Shown here: in pieces, positions 1 through 11,313 of the stretch | How the letters are laid out: every line of letters starts with the position of its first letter | Position numbering within the stretch: position 1 is the stretch's first letter | Assembly: GCA_037379345.1 (NCBI GenBank) | Contig: CM074513.1 | Location: 53,981,195-54,045,194 of the forward strand | Reading direction: 5' to 3' | Length of the DNA: 64,000 nt | Source of the DNA: Perna viridis | Taxonomy: Eukaryota | Position numbers and translations under genes: made by a program | The notes under the pieces: model-generated | Told to the model about the DNA's origin: nothing | Databases searched by the model: none | Seen by the model: only the letters and a program-made list of their open reading frames with translations

Positions 1-179
1 TACCAAAATCAACAATCTACCGTCAAAACGGGAGTTTTAGCAGCATTCGGAAACACATATACACATGCTACAAGGAAATGCCTGCCCCTCCCGATTCCGA
101 CAAAAACGGTAAAACTAGCGAAGAGTCTAAATTATGAAAAACGAAAAACGATGTAGAATATTACGATATAAAATAGAGC

Positions 180-1520
180 CTCTAAAGAGCTTGAATCGCC
201 CCTAGAGATTTGAGATCACGTAGTTATCAATTGTAGGTAACATTTCATCCATTGGAACAAGTCTATCATTTAAAGAGGTGTCTATACTCACATTATTTCT
301 GCTTCCTGATGAAAAAATAAGACAAAATGGAATGTTTGTAGAAGGCATTGAGGTCAACAACCATGTCAAGGTTCAAAATATTTCAAAACCTGCGATGTTT
401 CAGAAGGGTTGATAATTTGCCAATCAGAAGCTTAGATAAAGTCTGGCAGCCATCTTGTTTGATAAAGAAAAAAAACAAAATCTTATCACTTGTAGAAACT
501 ACTCCTTTTATTATTTCTGCTAATTTCGGTCATAATTGGCTTAGTATAGGACAAAATGTGTTTCCACATAGGGTTTCCATGGCAACTTTGAGAGGCCGCA
601 ACCACCCGCTGAGCCATCTGATGCACACAAAAAGTACAGTGTATGTAGAGGGCATTGTTGGTCATCAAACATATAGTTTCATACATTGGCATCTGTTGAT
701 TTCTGAAGAAATTGTCTTTAAAAATTGCAAAAAAGTAAAACAAGGCAATAATTTCGACATTGGTCAACGGTTTTATCACATTATTAGAGATCATCTCGTC
801 GCTCAGTATTTCACTCCGGTCAGAATTTGTCTCAACTAATTTTTAAGATACATGTATTTACAAAAATGTGCTATTTGATCCCTACGATGTATGTTAAATA
901 ATATGTATAATGTCCGTTGACGGATCGAACATCAGCACATCAGTTCTGAACAGGATACCCTAGGAAAGTTAAGTAACAATTTGGTCAGGCAGTTTTGAGA
1001 AGATTGGTAGAATAGATAACTAGAATATAACAAAACAGTCAAATAGGACAATAACTCCAACATGAGTAAACAGAATACCCATTTATAGAATTCCATTTTC
1101 TTAACACTTAAGCCATGTCAGAACTTAACCTAATGTTTTTTTAGATGTTTGCAAAAAAAAACAGAATATAACTGCTGTTTGACCTTTACATTTCAATTCA
1201 AGTAAAAGCGGCCATGATCGAGGACGATTAAAATATCCCTAAATAAGTTCTGAGCAGGATACCCTAAGGAACATTCTAACCAAGTTGGGCTTCAATTGGT
1301 CAAGTAGTTTCACAGACGATGATTTTATGTATAATATCAAGAAAAAAGCAAAAAAGACTTTAAAAGATATGTTATTTTAGGGGTCACCATTTCATATTTT
1401 TAAATGGTCTTATCCTCTTTAATCTAGGGAACAATCCAAACAGGTTCTATTGAGTTCTAGTAGTTGAAGGGAAAGACGACCACGGATACCGAGTGATGGC
1501 AATCGGGTCAAGCTAAAATG
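180..1520 (-). mobile_element. Degenerate non-autonomous Helentron-associated (HINE-like) repeat
   Basis: Shares blocks with 4840-5950 (cattgaggt.aaca, caggataccctaag, caataactcc) and ends in gacgac..cgga..agtgatggcaat..agctaaaa. ORFs 348-839 and 486-794 are spurious. Confidence 0.5.
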
Positions 1521-1616
1521 AATATGATAATTGAATAACATTAAGAAAACCAATTAACTTATGCGATTTTTAAAAAATGTCAAAAGACATATACGAATTA
1601 TTTCTGTACCTATTTA

Positions 1617-2142
1617 GGGACCGGTCAAAATTTATCGCCATCATAGGACCAGTGCAAATAGCAGTAGTACAGATACTTTTTCGATGTAATGCTTTTGTTG
1701 GGACACCACTTTTTTTTACTGATAATATCCATAGGACGCAAGTCTCTTTTTTACGATCATATACTTTGAACCAATTTTTTTATTAACTTAAAAAAAGAAC
1801 AAACTATTATAACAAAAATAGTCTACAACGTATAAATGCAGTAGAAAATACAACTATTTAACATAATTCATTGTAATTGGAATAACTATATGTATTAAAA
1901 TAGAAATAGCTTTATATCAATACCTCATTTGTAAGATCTTTAATACACTAGTACTGTATGTGTTGATATAATATTTTCAAATAAAAGCTTTTTAAGAAAA
2001 CAATGATAGGACACTCATTTTTTTCTTACCAAGTTGACATAGGACATCATTTTTTTTTCAAGTCAGATAGGGTTGCAACTTTTACATAAGCTCTTATTTC
2101 TTTTGCACCGGTCATATGTGGCGATAAATTTTGACCGGTCCC
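1617..2142. mobile_element. PIF/Harbinger-type MITE
   Basis: Perfect 24-bp TIR GGGACCGGTCAAAATTTATCGCCA (1617-1640 and 2119-2142); TTA on both sides (1614-1616, 2143-2145). Confidence 0.85.
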
Positions 2143-2145
2143 TTA

Positions 2146-2649
2146 GCTCCGTGCAGGTCCGGGTGTCAAAAGAATAGGCTTGCAGCAGCGCTAAGCTTGT
2201 CGTAAAAGGCGACTAAATAGTGCTCAGAAACCTAGTCGGGGGCTAGGCGCTCTGCCCACAGAGCAACTAGGTTGTGTGCCCCAGGTGATGGAATGGGGTA
2301 CCCCTGGCGTGTCACATGCTGGGGTTGTCAGGCTGTAATACGGAAAACCTGACCGCAAACCATAGTGGTTCTTCGTGTTGGGAAAGATGCCACGTTCCTC
2401 GCACGTTAAAGAACCCTGCTGTGGTATTCCATAGGAGTAGGAACCTTTGCGCTCCGCCACATGAGGCTAAATTGCCCGATCCTACCTTTCTAGAGGCAAT
2501 CTAAATTTGTCGACCTTGCTGCCCTTGTCACGGATTGTGTCCCATCCCTTTTTCATTTCATCATCATCATTTCATGTTCATCGCCTGAATTTAGCTGAAA
2601 TATTGCTACTCGGACGTTAAACCCCAACAATCAATCAATCAATCAATCA
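2146..2649 (+). mobile_element. 5'-truncated SINE with Meta/MESC-like and Deu/Nin-like cores and a (CAAT)n tail
   Basis: GC-rich body with the GTCGTAAAAGGCGAC hairpin and a GCACGTTAAAGAACCC...GAGTAGG block, then the (CAAT)n tail. 14-bp TSD TCTGTACCTATTTA at 1603-1616 and 2650-2663. Domain names are from recall. Confidence 0.75.
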
Positions 2650-2921
2650 TCTGTACCTATTTATAATTTATGACCATGTAAACATATCTCGATAAACAAA
2701 ACTTGTTCTAAATATTAAACTCTAGTCTAAACGAGGTCGATGTCGTGTTCAATGGCTTCTTCAGAAATCTTACACCCGTTAAATTTGTACTACAAAATAC
2801 ATATAGAAATTAGAATACAAAAATTCAGATCGAAAGATATCTAGAAAAATCTTAAAACGGACTACACAAATTAAATTGTGTAGAACGTGAATACAGCAAT
2901 TTTGATAACATCGCCGCTTAC

Positions 2922-3008
2922 CTTGTGACCTCTTTTCAGTAAGGCCTCACTGAATGCCCTGCCTAAGCCCCGTGAGGCCCCAGTAACGATTGCCACGCAA
3001 CTTGCCAT
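2922..3008 (-). CDS. HPGD: First coding exon of a classical short-chain dehydrogenase/reductase, 15-hydroxyprostaglandin dehydrogenase-like
   Basis: Reverse strand ATG at 3008 gives MASCVAIVTGASRGLGRAFSEALLKRGHK, then donor AAG|GTAAGC. Contains the TGxxxGxG Rossmann motif and resembles HPGD N-terminus ([20 protein letters not shown].KGAK, recalled). No downstream exons recognised in 1-2921; subfamily rests on 29 aa only. Confidence 0.7.
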
Positions 3009-3406
3009 AGAACTATATCATCCCTTTGAAGAGTGACTTTGTGAACTTTGATATGGCAATGTACACATATTCATATACTCATTTTAAACCGTGAAGTAAT
3101 CCAATTAAATTTTTGTTATCAGTTTTCATACAACCTGACAGTGTAAATACAAGCACACAGGTATATACGGAAGCCGAAAACGGTTACGCATTTTTTTTCT
3201 TTTTCTTTTCTTTTCTTTTTTTTTTTGGGGGGGGGGGTATTTCTCGAACATTCGAGATAATAACTTGAAAAAGAAAAACACCGAAAAAATTAAAAATGCT
3301 GGAATGTCGTTTAAAATTTATACACAAGAAAAGTTCCCTTGAGTGGAACTGAATTTTCTAAACTGGATGATTGATCGATTATTTGATACGTCCTCGTGCT
3401 CATATC

Positions 3407-3495
3407 TAGTCCGAATTTCCTCTGACCCTGCAACCCTCCTATCAATATCCAAATAAAAAAGAGAAGGGTTGCAGGGTCAGAGAAAATTCGGACTA
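3407..3495. mobile_element. 89-bp fold-back MITE, Academ(H)-like
   Basis: TAGTC...GACTA termini and ~31-bp arms with one mismatch; 9-bp TSD GCTCATATC/GCTCATGTC. Confidence 0.65.
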
Positions 3496-4011
3496 GCTCA
3501 TGTCCTGTGCGATGCACTACAATTCATTTTCTTTATACATATCTTAAGAAAAATGCACCGATTTTAGTAAATTGGCGCAAATTACCATCAATATAAATTC
3601 GGAAAACGTGCTTGTCCATTGTTAACGTCACAATTTTTAATATGACGTTAGTGTCCATGAATTCAAAATGATTGCAGGAATTCTAACTTTAGCATGTTCG
3701 CGTTTATGGGTCAGTGAAGTACATGTAAGTATCCTATATGTCTATGTCTATATCCAAAATAATTCGTATATGTTTAATGCTGGAACTCTGTGTCTGAAGA
3801 AATTCAGCATTACTTTTCAACATTATAACCTATGACGGCCATGTCTCACTACAGTATATAAAAATATGATGGCTAAATATTAACATTATTTTTTGGAAAC
3901 AAGATAATAAATCTCTGGCCGCGCAATATTGATTTCCAGTAATTATTTAGTTCGAATGCAACCTGTAGTTACCAAAGGTTATTGTGTTCTTAATCGCGTT
4001 TTTTTTTTCAG

Positions 4012-4072
4012 TGAGCAATGCCAAAACTTTTACCAACGTACTCTTGAGACCAAAATATAACTACGAGAAGTG
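4012..4072 (+). other. Probable 5' UTR exon of the 1234-aa gene, containing a short uORF (4018-4047)
   Basis: Strong acceptor (poly-T + cag ending 4011) and donor TG|GTGAGT at 4073. All frames stop either internally or on joining to 7339. Confidence 0.5.
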
Positions 4073-4140
4073 GTGAGTATATATAATTACTAGAATAAAC
4101 ACAGAAACATTCTTATAATCAACAACTAATATAGAAATAA

Positions 4141-4330
4141 TTCCCGGTCGAGTCACACCTAAGACTTTAAAACTACTCGCAGCATAAAGAAGATGGAGTG
4201 ACGACTAGTCGTTCTGTTTCAGAATAATGTCTGAATGATAACCCGACAACCTGTAGCGTATCGGACTTATACAATTCATGAAGAATCAGTAACCTCAAGC
4301 AAACATTGTAGAAGCATACCTACGCGTTTG
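4141..4330 (+). mobile_element. Degenerate V-domain-like SINE fragment
   Basis: CCGGTCGAGTCACACCTAAGACTTTAAAA...CGCAGCATAAAGA...CAGAATAATGT resembles the bivalve V-SINE consensus (recalled). Confidence 0.45.
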
Positions 4331-4428
4331 GTATTAAATGAGACTTGGCGTTTACCAAAAATTAATCGGTCTTATAAAAATAGAAGTTCAAGTTCATATT
4401 TCTCAATATCTATTCTGATTATATTCTG

Positions 4429-4746
4429 ATGGACCAGGTCCACCAGTAGGGTAAGCGTCCTCTGCTTTTCTAGAAACACCCGCCGAGTTGATAATAAAAA
4501 GTCAAGTCCGGGGTAGACAAACGAGGAAAGGAAAACTATGAACCGTTGAATAAATCGGTTTTCATGGTGCAGATGGATACACCATAACGATCCACGAGTT
4601 CATGATGACGACCGTAAAACTTTTGTAGTGATGACTTCAATCCTGTAGCAACATAATCCTGTTCCAGAAACCTATTTGTTAGAATTCTAGCGCGATACAA
4701 AAAGTCTGTGTAGCTTCGGCAAGCTCTGGCATAATGTATGAGTTAT
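4429..4746 (-). mobile_element. Penelope-like (Naiad-type) retroelement 3' fragment, copy A
   Basis: Reverse strand encodes YARACRSYTDFLYRARILTNRFLEQ...KFYGRHHELVDRYG; aligns to 43909-44225. Confidence 0.8.
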
Positions 4747-4839
4747 AACGTATAACGTATAAGCCGCCCCTATACTTATTAGTATACCATTCCTGCAACC
4801 CGCTGAGCCATTTTAGCCACGTAAAAATGCATTATATGT

Positions 4840-5952
4840 AAAGAGCATTGAGGTTAACATACCAGTCCTGTGAAGTCTCAAAACATTGGCACTTTAGGTT
4901 CCAAAGAAGTTCGTCTATAAAGATGAAAATATCTAAAAGGCTAAAAGAAACGTCCAAAGGGAAAATAACTCCCATCAAGGGTCAATAGATTTTCACGAAA
5001 ATATCTCAATGGTAAAATTACATCAAGCTGAATACTTTAACCTGGGTCAAATCATTTTTTTTTTTAAATATGTTAACAAAACTGCAGTTTTACGCCTGCT
5101 GTATATTTTAGTAATATGGAAGCCATATTTGTCAACGGATCAGAAGTCCTAACGATAGATCTGTGCACAATACCCTAAGAAACATGTTTACAAAATTTGG
5201 TGAGAATTTATTTTTTTTATAATTTCGGAGAAGTAGAATTTAGAAATAATTACACGAAATTAGCAACAAACAAAAAAAAAACAAACGAAAACAAACAAAA
5301 ACAAAAAAAAAACAAACAAAAAAACAAAAACAAAAAAACATAAAAAGGGCAATAACTCCAAACGGGTCAACAGAGAATTTTACGAAAATTTCACCATGGG
5401 TAATTTCATTTTGCGGAAGACATTTATCGATGTCAGAATTTGTCTTAATCTTAATATTTTAAAGATATTTGCAAAGCACGTCGTTTGTCGACGACTGAAA
5501 AAATCCCAATCCCAATATCAGTTCTGGACAGGATAACCTTAGAAATATTCACACCAAGTTAAATTCCATTTAGTCCGGTATATTTCTAGAAACATATAAT
5601 GCCAATCGTTTTTTTTCTTCTAAAATTCTGACCGAATGATGTAGAATAAACCTCTTGAAGTTAAACTGAAGTTGACTTTTCAAATTAATAAACGAAACAT
5701 GAAAAAATGATAAGAGTGTTATAAAAAGAAGGAATAACTCTTGAACAGGTAGTTTTATTAACTTGAAAATCCCCATATCAGTTCTAGGCAAAATAAAACC
5801 CTAATTATTAACCTTAATTAAATAATAATTAAATAATTGAAACATTAATACCAGGTTTTTTTTTTAATTTGTCCAGAAGTGTCAGAGGAGGAGATTTTTG
5901 AAAAATTGTTAATGACGACGGACGCCACATGAATAGCTAAGTGAGTTAAAAG
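4840..5952 (-). mobile_element. HINE-like non-autonomous repeat
   Basis: Same family blocks as 180-1520; terminal gacgacggacgcc..aatagct..gtgagttaaaa. Confidence 0.5.
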
Positions 5953-6204
5953 TCTTATATTTTGACGCCATAACACGACTTTCACTCACAAATCCGACTG
6001 TTAAATAAAATTTAGGCTAGAGTTTTGTTTACCTATTTACTGAATAACGGTAATTACTACATTTCTTATCTAAGAAAAAAGTACTTTCAAGACCAAAATC
6101 CTTTTAAAATTCAATACGCGTGCAATCCCAAGTCGTAAAAATCCATACGGTTATTATTATGCTTTCTTGTTTAAACGATATTAGTAATTGGCTCTACTTA
6201 TAAA

Positions 6205-6530
6205 GAGAAGAGTAATCAAGGGAACCAAGATTCTAGCTGAAATTAAAAGAATGTAACCAAGGGACAAAGACCAGACATGGAAAACAAACACAGGAAAGAA
6301 CATAAAGTAACTAAAATAATACATACAAAGTGACAATTGTAAATGAGCAACTTGGACTCCACTGAAAACTGGTAGCATGGACCAGGTGAATCGGTAGGGT
6401 AAGCGTCCTCTGCTTTTCTTGAAACAATCACCGAGTTGGTCATAAAAAGTCAAGTACGGGATAGACGAAAAAAAAATCAGTTTTCATTGTGCAGATGGAT
6501 ACACCGTAACGATCCACGAGTTCATGAAGA
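6205..6530 (-). mobile_element. Penelope-like 3' end, copy B
   Basis: Aligns to 43735-44085 with an internal deletion. Confidence 0.8.
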
Positions 6531-7338
6531 AGAGTAGACTGCACCTTTTTATGACTCCATGAACTAACAAGACGAAGAAAACAAAACAAATCAAATCAAA
6601 ACAAAATACGAAAAAAAAATAAAATGAACATAACAATCCGTCTACGTTTCATATCCTTGGGATGCGAAATAAATCAAATAGACACACCTTAGATTCTTCT
6701 TCTGGTATCCAGTTATCCATCACATATTTAATGATTACTAACTGTTGTGCATGCGTGGTGAAAACCAAAACATTTATACATTTATCAAATGCCAAAAAAA
6801 AAAAAAAAAAAGTGATGAAAAACAAACAAAAATCATGTGAATAAAGATATTTACATTTTTACTGGATTTAGTCTACATTTCTGTTGTCGAAAGAGCTGGA
6901 GCCAGCTGACCTTTAAAAGCTTCTAATAAATTGACTCAACTGGTTATATCCGTTGAAACGGATAAATGCAGCAGGTTTTTTTTAATACTATACATCTTTA
7001 TTTTAAGTGGATGTTCATTGCTGGTGTTACTATTATTTCTAAAACAACGAAAATATCATACTAGTGTCGAAGTCAAACTTTCTATTGTTTATGTTTGAAT
7101 ATATTACATGATAAGTACTTGGATTTACCCATGTAGTTCTTCAAGTCGAAGAATGTGTGTTTTTCGAATTTTTAAAAGTTGAAAAATAAGCAAAAAAAAA
7201 TGTATACTCGTAAAATTAAGATTAAAAATAAAAATAAATTGAAAAAAATCACAAAACGGCGTAGTGTTAAATGCAAAGTGCGCAAGATAATAAAAAAAAC
7301 CCAATAATTTGTTGTTTTTTTTTGGTTTTTTTTCACAG

Positions 7339-10300
7339 ATGAATACATCAAATTTAAACTACGAACTGAAAGAGGCATCTGTTGTCTTAAATAAACTCAG
7401 TGATCAGGAGCTACAAATGATTTCTCCTTATAAAACTACTGATATTCCCAGTACCAACTTCCGTAACGAAGAAAACGCGTATTCTGATTGTGATGATACC
7501 ATGAATGAGTACTTATTACAACAAAATGGAATGCTCGTTGATTCTGAGTGTGAAACGTCCCATACTTCCTATAATATAGTAAAGCAGCCTTCTTTAGTCG
7601 CGAACGAGGAGACTGGAATAGGTAGAAAACGGAAGCGCAAAAATGATGCGCCGAAGCGAAAAGTTGTTGTTCTTCAACAGAATATACTTGAAGGAGAAGA
7701 TTATAGAGATGTATGGTGCAGTTCTTATACTGATGGCAAATGTATAGACAAACATGGTGATTATCAATCGTCCACATCTATCCGAGAAATATCAGCAAAT
7801 GGTATGTGTGGTAATAACAATGCAAAGTCGGTAAGTGGGAAATGCTTCATGAGTAAAATGACTGAAGACTGTTCAGAAGAAAAACCAAAATGTAGCAGGA
7901 CACCAATGTTTGCAAAGAAGACGAAGTTTGAGAATAAACGAGAAAGACTGACCGATGAAAACATTGTTACTATTGGAAGAGGAGAAGATAAATCATTAAA
8001 TGTTCAATCTTCCACTTCTGACCGTGATACAGGCTCATATTTACACGGAGAAACCTACAGACTCAGAAAAAAGAACGTTAAAAGGATACCTATCATATTG
8101 AATAGAAAAAAGAAAACAATATCTATGAAATCCGAGTTTTCTGACAGTAAAACAAATCACTCCGAAGTCAGAATTCTTCCAAAATTAAATGAAAATCCAG
8201 AGAAGATTTCTTTTCAACAGACCACCCGAAGTGTATTCAAAGATGTATCAGGTAAACAGTCTACAATGAATGATCCAAGTCCAGAGTTACGAAGTTCGAC
8301 AATCAAAGGAAACGTAGAATCGCAAGGAACCAGTCAAAGTATGCCAGGAAATTCCTCATGTTCATTACCGCCGCTACGGAGGCCATCGAAAAAAATATCA
8401 AACATATTGAATAGCGAGGTGCCATTAGAACAACAGAGTTCATGTACAATGAGTGACAGTGGATGTCTAAAGCCAGCTTCATTTACTCCTCTGATCGTCA
8501 GTCAGTGTGCTCTGTCAACATCTGTCTCTCCAGAAGTAATACCAAGTTCTTCATATGTAAAACCATACATCTCAACAAATTCTCCTGACGTAAAACCATA
8601 CATCTCAAAACCCCGTTATAGCACTAGACTTACATCAAAACCGGGAACTAAGTATATTGTCAGAAAAGACAGTATCATAAGTGCTAATATTGAAGACTTC
8701 ATTGAACCGCCACCAAGCAGCTGGTCTAGCAATGTCAGCGGTCTGAACAAGCTAATTCTAAAACTACCTGACGCATATTTAAACGAGAAACAGTTCTACA
8801 ACAGTTTTGTGAAGAAATCGGATTCATTAGAATCCCCTGTAAACCTAGGGAGAGTATCATACGACTATAACCAGTTGTCTCCTAGTCAGCAACCTACAGT
8901 AGTGACTCTAAATATGACCTCAAGCCCAATTCAACCTATAACCACTCGGTCAACTGAACACTGCACTGACTCGGGAGTTACAGATGAGAAAATAAAGCGG
9001 AAAATGGAAAAAGCAAAGAAGAAAGCTGAAGGAAAATCAATAATCCTGCAAGGTAGAGGCACACTGGATGATATCAAACAGGAGATGCGCAAAACCAATC
9101 CGGATTTGTGGAAAACACAAGACCCAACAACTTTAAGTGACCAAATTTCTAAAACGACTGGCCAAAAGCAGAATCTTTCCAGGGTAAGGAAAGTTGTTCA
9201 ATCTCAGGATACCACTCCAGTTGGTTTGTTCCTCGACAACTTAAAAGAGAGATTGATGGAAAAAACAAAATTGTCAAACGATGTAATTAAACGTCTTCCT
9301 AAAGTAAACGAGTTTGAAGGTTTGGTGGATATTTGTAGCGACTTAGTTGAAACCAATTCAAAAACTAGAAACATTGAGAATGAACATGATGCGACAAATG
9401 TCAGCACTTCACAGAAAACAAATGATGAGAATAATATAACAACATCGGATACGAGTGGCGAATCCGTTATTAATGCGGAAAAGGAGGGTGGTGACATGAC
9501 AGACACAAAAAAATCTCCAACGAAGGAATATAAAGGACTTCATGCACCACATTTAAAGGACCAGAAAGTAGTTATACGCTATGCCGGTCGTCAAACATCG
9601 ATTGTCGATATACAATCAGCTGAGGGTAAAATCAAACTGGAGAATCTTATCAGACCAGCCCAAAAGGAAAGGAAAGAAGTTGAATCAAGGGATTTCGTTC
9701 AACAGGAACCAAATGTTCACCCAGACAGCAATATAGGAACTCCGACGTCAACGGTATGGAAATATTCCCAGAACAAAGCCAACTCCTTTAGTGGAAAACT
9801 GCAGTCACCATTTAGAGAGACTGCTGCACTTATAAGTACTACTATAAAAAAGGAACCCTTTCCCGCAGAGGCAAGTCCGTGGCAATCTCCCCAGAAAGAT
9901 AGTAAAACGATAAACACAAGTAATTCAGCGCAAGGACAGTCATCTAATGACCATGCTTACACCAGGTCGGAGACAAAAATGGTACCACCATCTGGGAGGG
10001 GTGTACCATTTACAGTAAGAGAGTTATTGTCGAAGGCAACAAAAACAGAAGGTATATCCCCAGGGAAACTGCCTATTCCGAGCGCATCGTCACAACAAAT
10101 ACCACAGATTCCCGTGTATGCCGTAAGGTGCGGCGAGAGGGTTATTTTGTTTCCAACGTCTAAGATCGCCAGCCAGAGTGTCAATATAAAAGCTGTGATA
10201 CCAAAAACAAATGAGTCACCAAAACCATCAGCAAAGTCACCTCTTAATCTAAAAAGTGTTAGGAAATGTCAACAGTTAGTCTTGAAGAAAAGTAAAACCA

Positions 10301-11043
10301 AGGTCTTTGATTTCACGAAAAAATGTGATCTAATTCATGCTACAGATTTGAAGCCAAAGAAACCAGACTCTTGTGTGAATCAACTCGTCCCAGTAAACTT
10401 TAACACAATAATTCCAAAAAGACCTAAAAATCAAATAAAGCACATGTGTTCAGTTGTCGTTCAAGTAACAATATTGGAAAACAGTTCGTTCTCTTTTACT
10501 AAGGATATTCTTGCTCTTAGTTTCACACACGGATCCAATCCTAGTTTAATCAGATGGCACGAGGACGGCATTCATGTAGCGTTAATAACATTCAGCAACA
10601 AAAACAAAATACAACATCTTACTGTTGATCATATAACTCCGGGCTTCTATTGTATGAGTTTAAAGAATAACCCGAAGATCAGACGAAATAGAACATTCGA
10701 GGGTTTACTGACTTCAACACTGCCCAATGAGGATTTGATGGGCTTGGAAAAAGACTTTCTGGCCATTGGACAAATAAAAGGCATCATGGATCCAACACTG
10801 AAGAAGCCAGAAGTGACTAATTGTAAGGATTCCACGTTAACAGAAGTACTGCGAGACGTTTTACCAAATGATTTAATGCACGCGTGTAATCCGACAATCA
10901 GTGATAGAAGTTATAAACCAAAAGTGAACGACAAGGCATGGTATTCAATGCAAATGTTTGATCTATTTACCAAGACATATGGACGGACTCGTGGCTATCA
11001 CCCCCTGAATGGATGTCGACTTCAAGGTGAAGTTGCCAGCTAG
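7339..11043 (+). CDS. Uncharacterised 1234-aa protein, single coding exon; S/T/K/P-rich disordered body, basic NLS-like clusters, ~200-aa globular-looking C-terminus
   Basis: 3.7-kb uninterrupted ORF in AT-rich DNA. The ORF track start at 7309 is a polypyrimidine tract; acceptor tttttttcacag ends at 7338 directly before ATG 7339. AATAAA at 11050 and 11252. Confidence 0.85.
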   Translation: MNTSNLNYELKEASVVLNKLSDQELQMISPYKTTDIPSTNFRNEENAYSDCDDTMNEYLLQQNGMLVDSECETSHTSYNIVKQPSLVANEETGIGRKRKRKNDAPKRKVVVLQQNILEGEDYRDVWCSSYTDGKCIDKHGDYQSSTSIREISANGMCGNNNAKSVSGKCFMSKMTEDCSEEKPKCSRTPMFAKKTKFENKRERLTDENIVTIGRGEDKSLNVQSSTSDRDTGSYLHGETYRLRKKNVKRIPIILNRKKKTISMKSEFSDSKTNHSEVRILPKLNENPEKISFQQTTRSVFKDVSGKQSTMNDPSPELRSSTIKGNVESQGTSQSMPGNSSCSLPPLRRPSKKISNILNSEVPLEQQSSCTMSDSGCLKPASFTPLIVSQCALSTSVSPEVIPSSSYVKPYISTNSPDVKPYISKPRYSTRLTSKPGTKYIVRKDSIISANIEDFIEPPPSSWSSNVSGLNKLILKLPDAYLNEKQFYNSFVKKSDSLESPVNLGRVSYDYNQLSPSQQPTVVTLNMTSSPIQPITTRSTEHCTDSGVTDEKIKRKMEKAKKKAEGKSIILQGRGTLDDIKQEMRKTNPDLWKTQDPTTLSDQISKTTGQKQNLSRVRKVVQSQDTTPVGLFLDNLKERLMEKTKLSNDVIKRLPKVNEFEGLVDICSDLVETNSKTRNIENEHDATNVSTSQKTNDENNITTSDTSGESVINAEKEGGDMTDTKKSPTKEYKGLHAPHLKDQKVVIRYAGRQTSIVDIQSAEGKIKLENLIRPAQKERKEVESRDFVQQEPNVHPDSNIGTPTSTVWKYSQNKANSFSGKLQSPFRETAALISTTIKKEPFPAEASPWQSPQKDSKTINTSNSAQGQSSNDHAYTRSETKMVPPSGRGVPFTVRELLSKATKTEGISPGKLPIPSASSQQIPQIPVYAVRCGERVILFPTSKIASQSVNIKAVIPKTNESPKPSAKSPLNLKSVRKCQQLVLKKSKTKVFDFTKKCDLIHATDLKPKKPDSCVNQLVPVNFNTIIPKRPKNQIKHMCSVVVQVTILENSSFSFTKDILALSFTHGSNPSLIRWHEDGIHVALITFSNKNKIQHLTVDHITPGFYCMSLKNNPKIRRNRTFEGLLTSTLPNEDLMGLEKDFLAIGQIKGIMDPTLKKPEVTNCKDSTLTEVLRDVLPNDLMHACNPTISDRSYKPKVNDKAWYSMQMFDLFTKTYGRTRGYHPLNGCRLQGEVAS

Positions 11044-11251
11044 ATCGACAATAAAGAAGCTGGTGATATTTCCAGCACTATCCCTTGTAAGAACTGCTTT
11101 CAAATCTGCTAGTATTGTATGATCTTAAGTTGAAGAGTTTGTATGTAAGCAATACTACAATTCAACAAGAGGGATTTACATTTACAAATGTAAATTTGAA
11201 GTCAACATTTACTAAAATTCTGTTGCAGACCTAATTAGTATTCAGCATATA

Positions 11252-11313
11252 AATAAAACAAAAATCAAGTTTTCTTCTTACACACTATTTGATTATAAAA
11301 AAATCACTTTATT
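11252..11313. terminator. Convergent polyadenylation signals of the orphan gene (+) and probably the ankycorbin-like gene (-)
   Basis: AATAAA at 11252-11257 (+) and TTTATT at 11308-11313 (AATAAA on -); implies a ~4.5-kb ankycorbin 3' UTR. Confidence 0.5.

Noticed and set aside
348-839. 163-aa and 102-aa overlapping ORFs
   Set aside because: Inside a non-autonomous repeat; no recognisable domain
2146-2230. HDV-like ribozyme at the SINE 5' end
   Set aside because: Could not build the nested P1-P3 pseudoknot; the GTCG/CGAC hairpin is better explained as the SINE core domain
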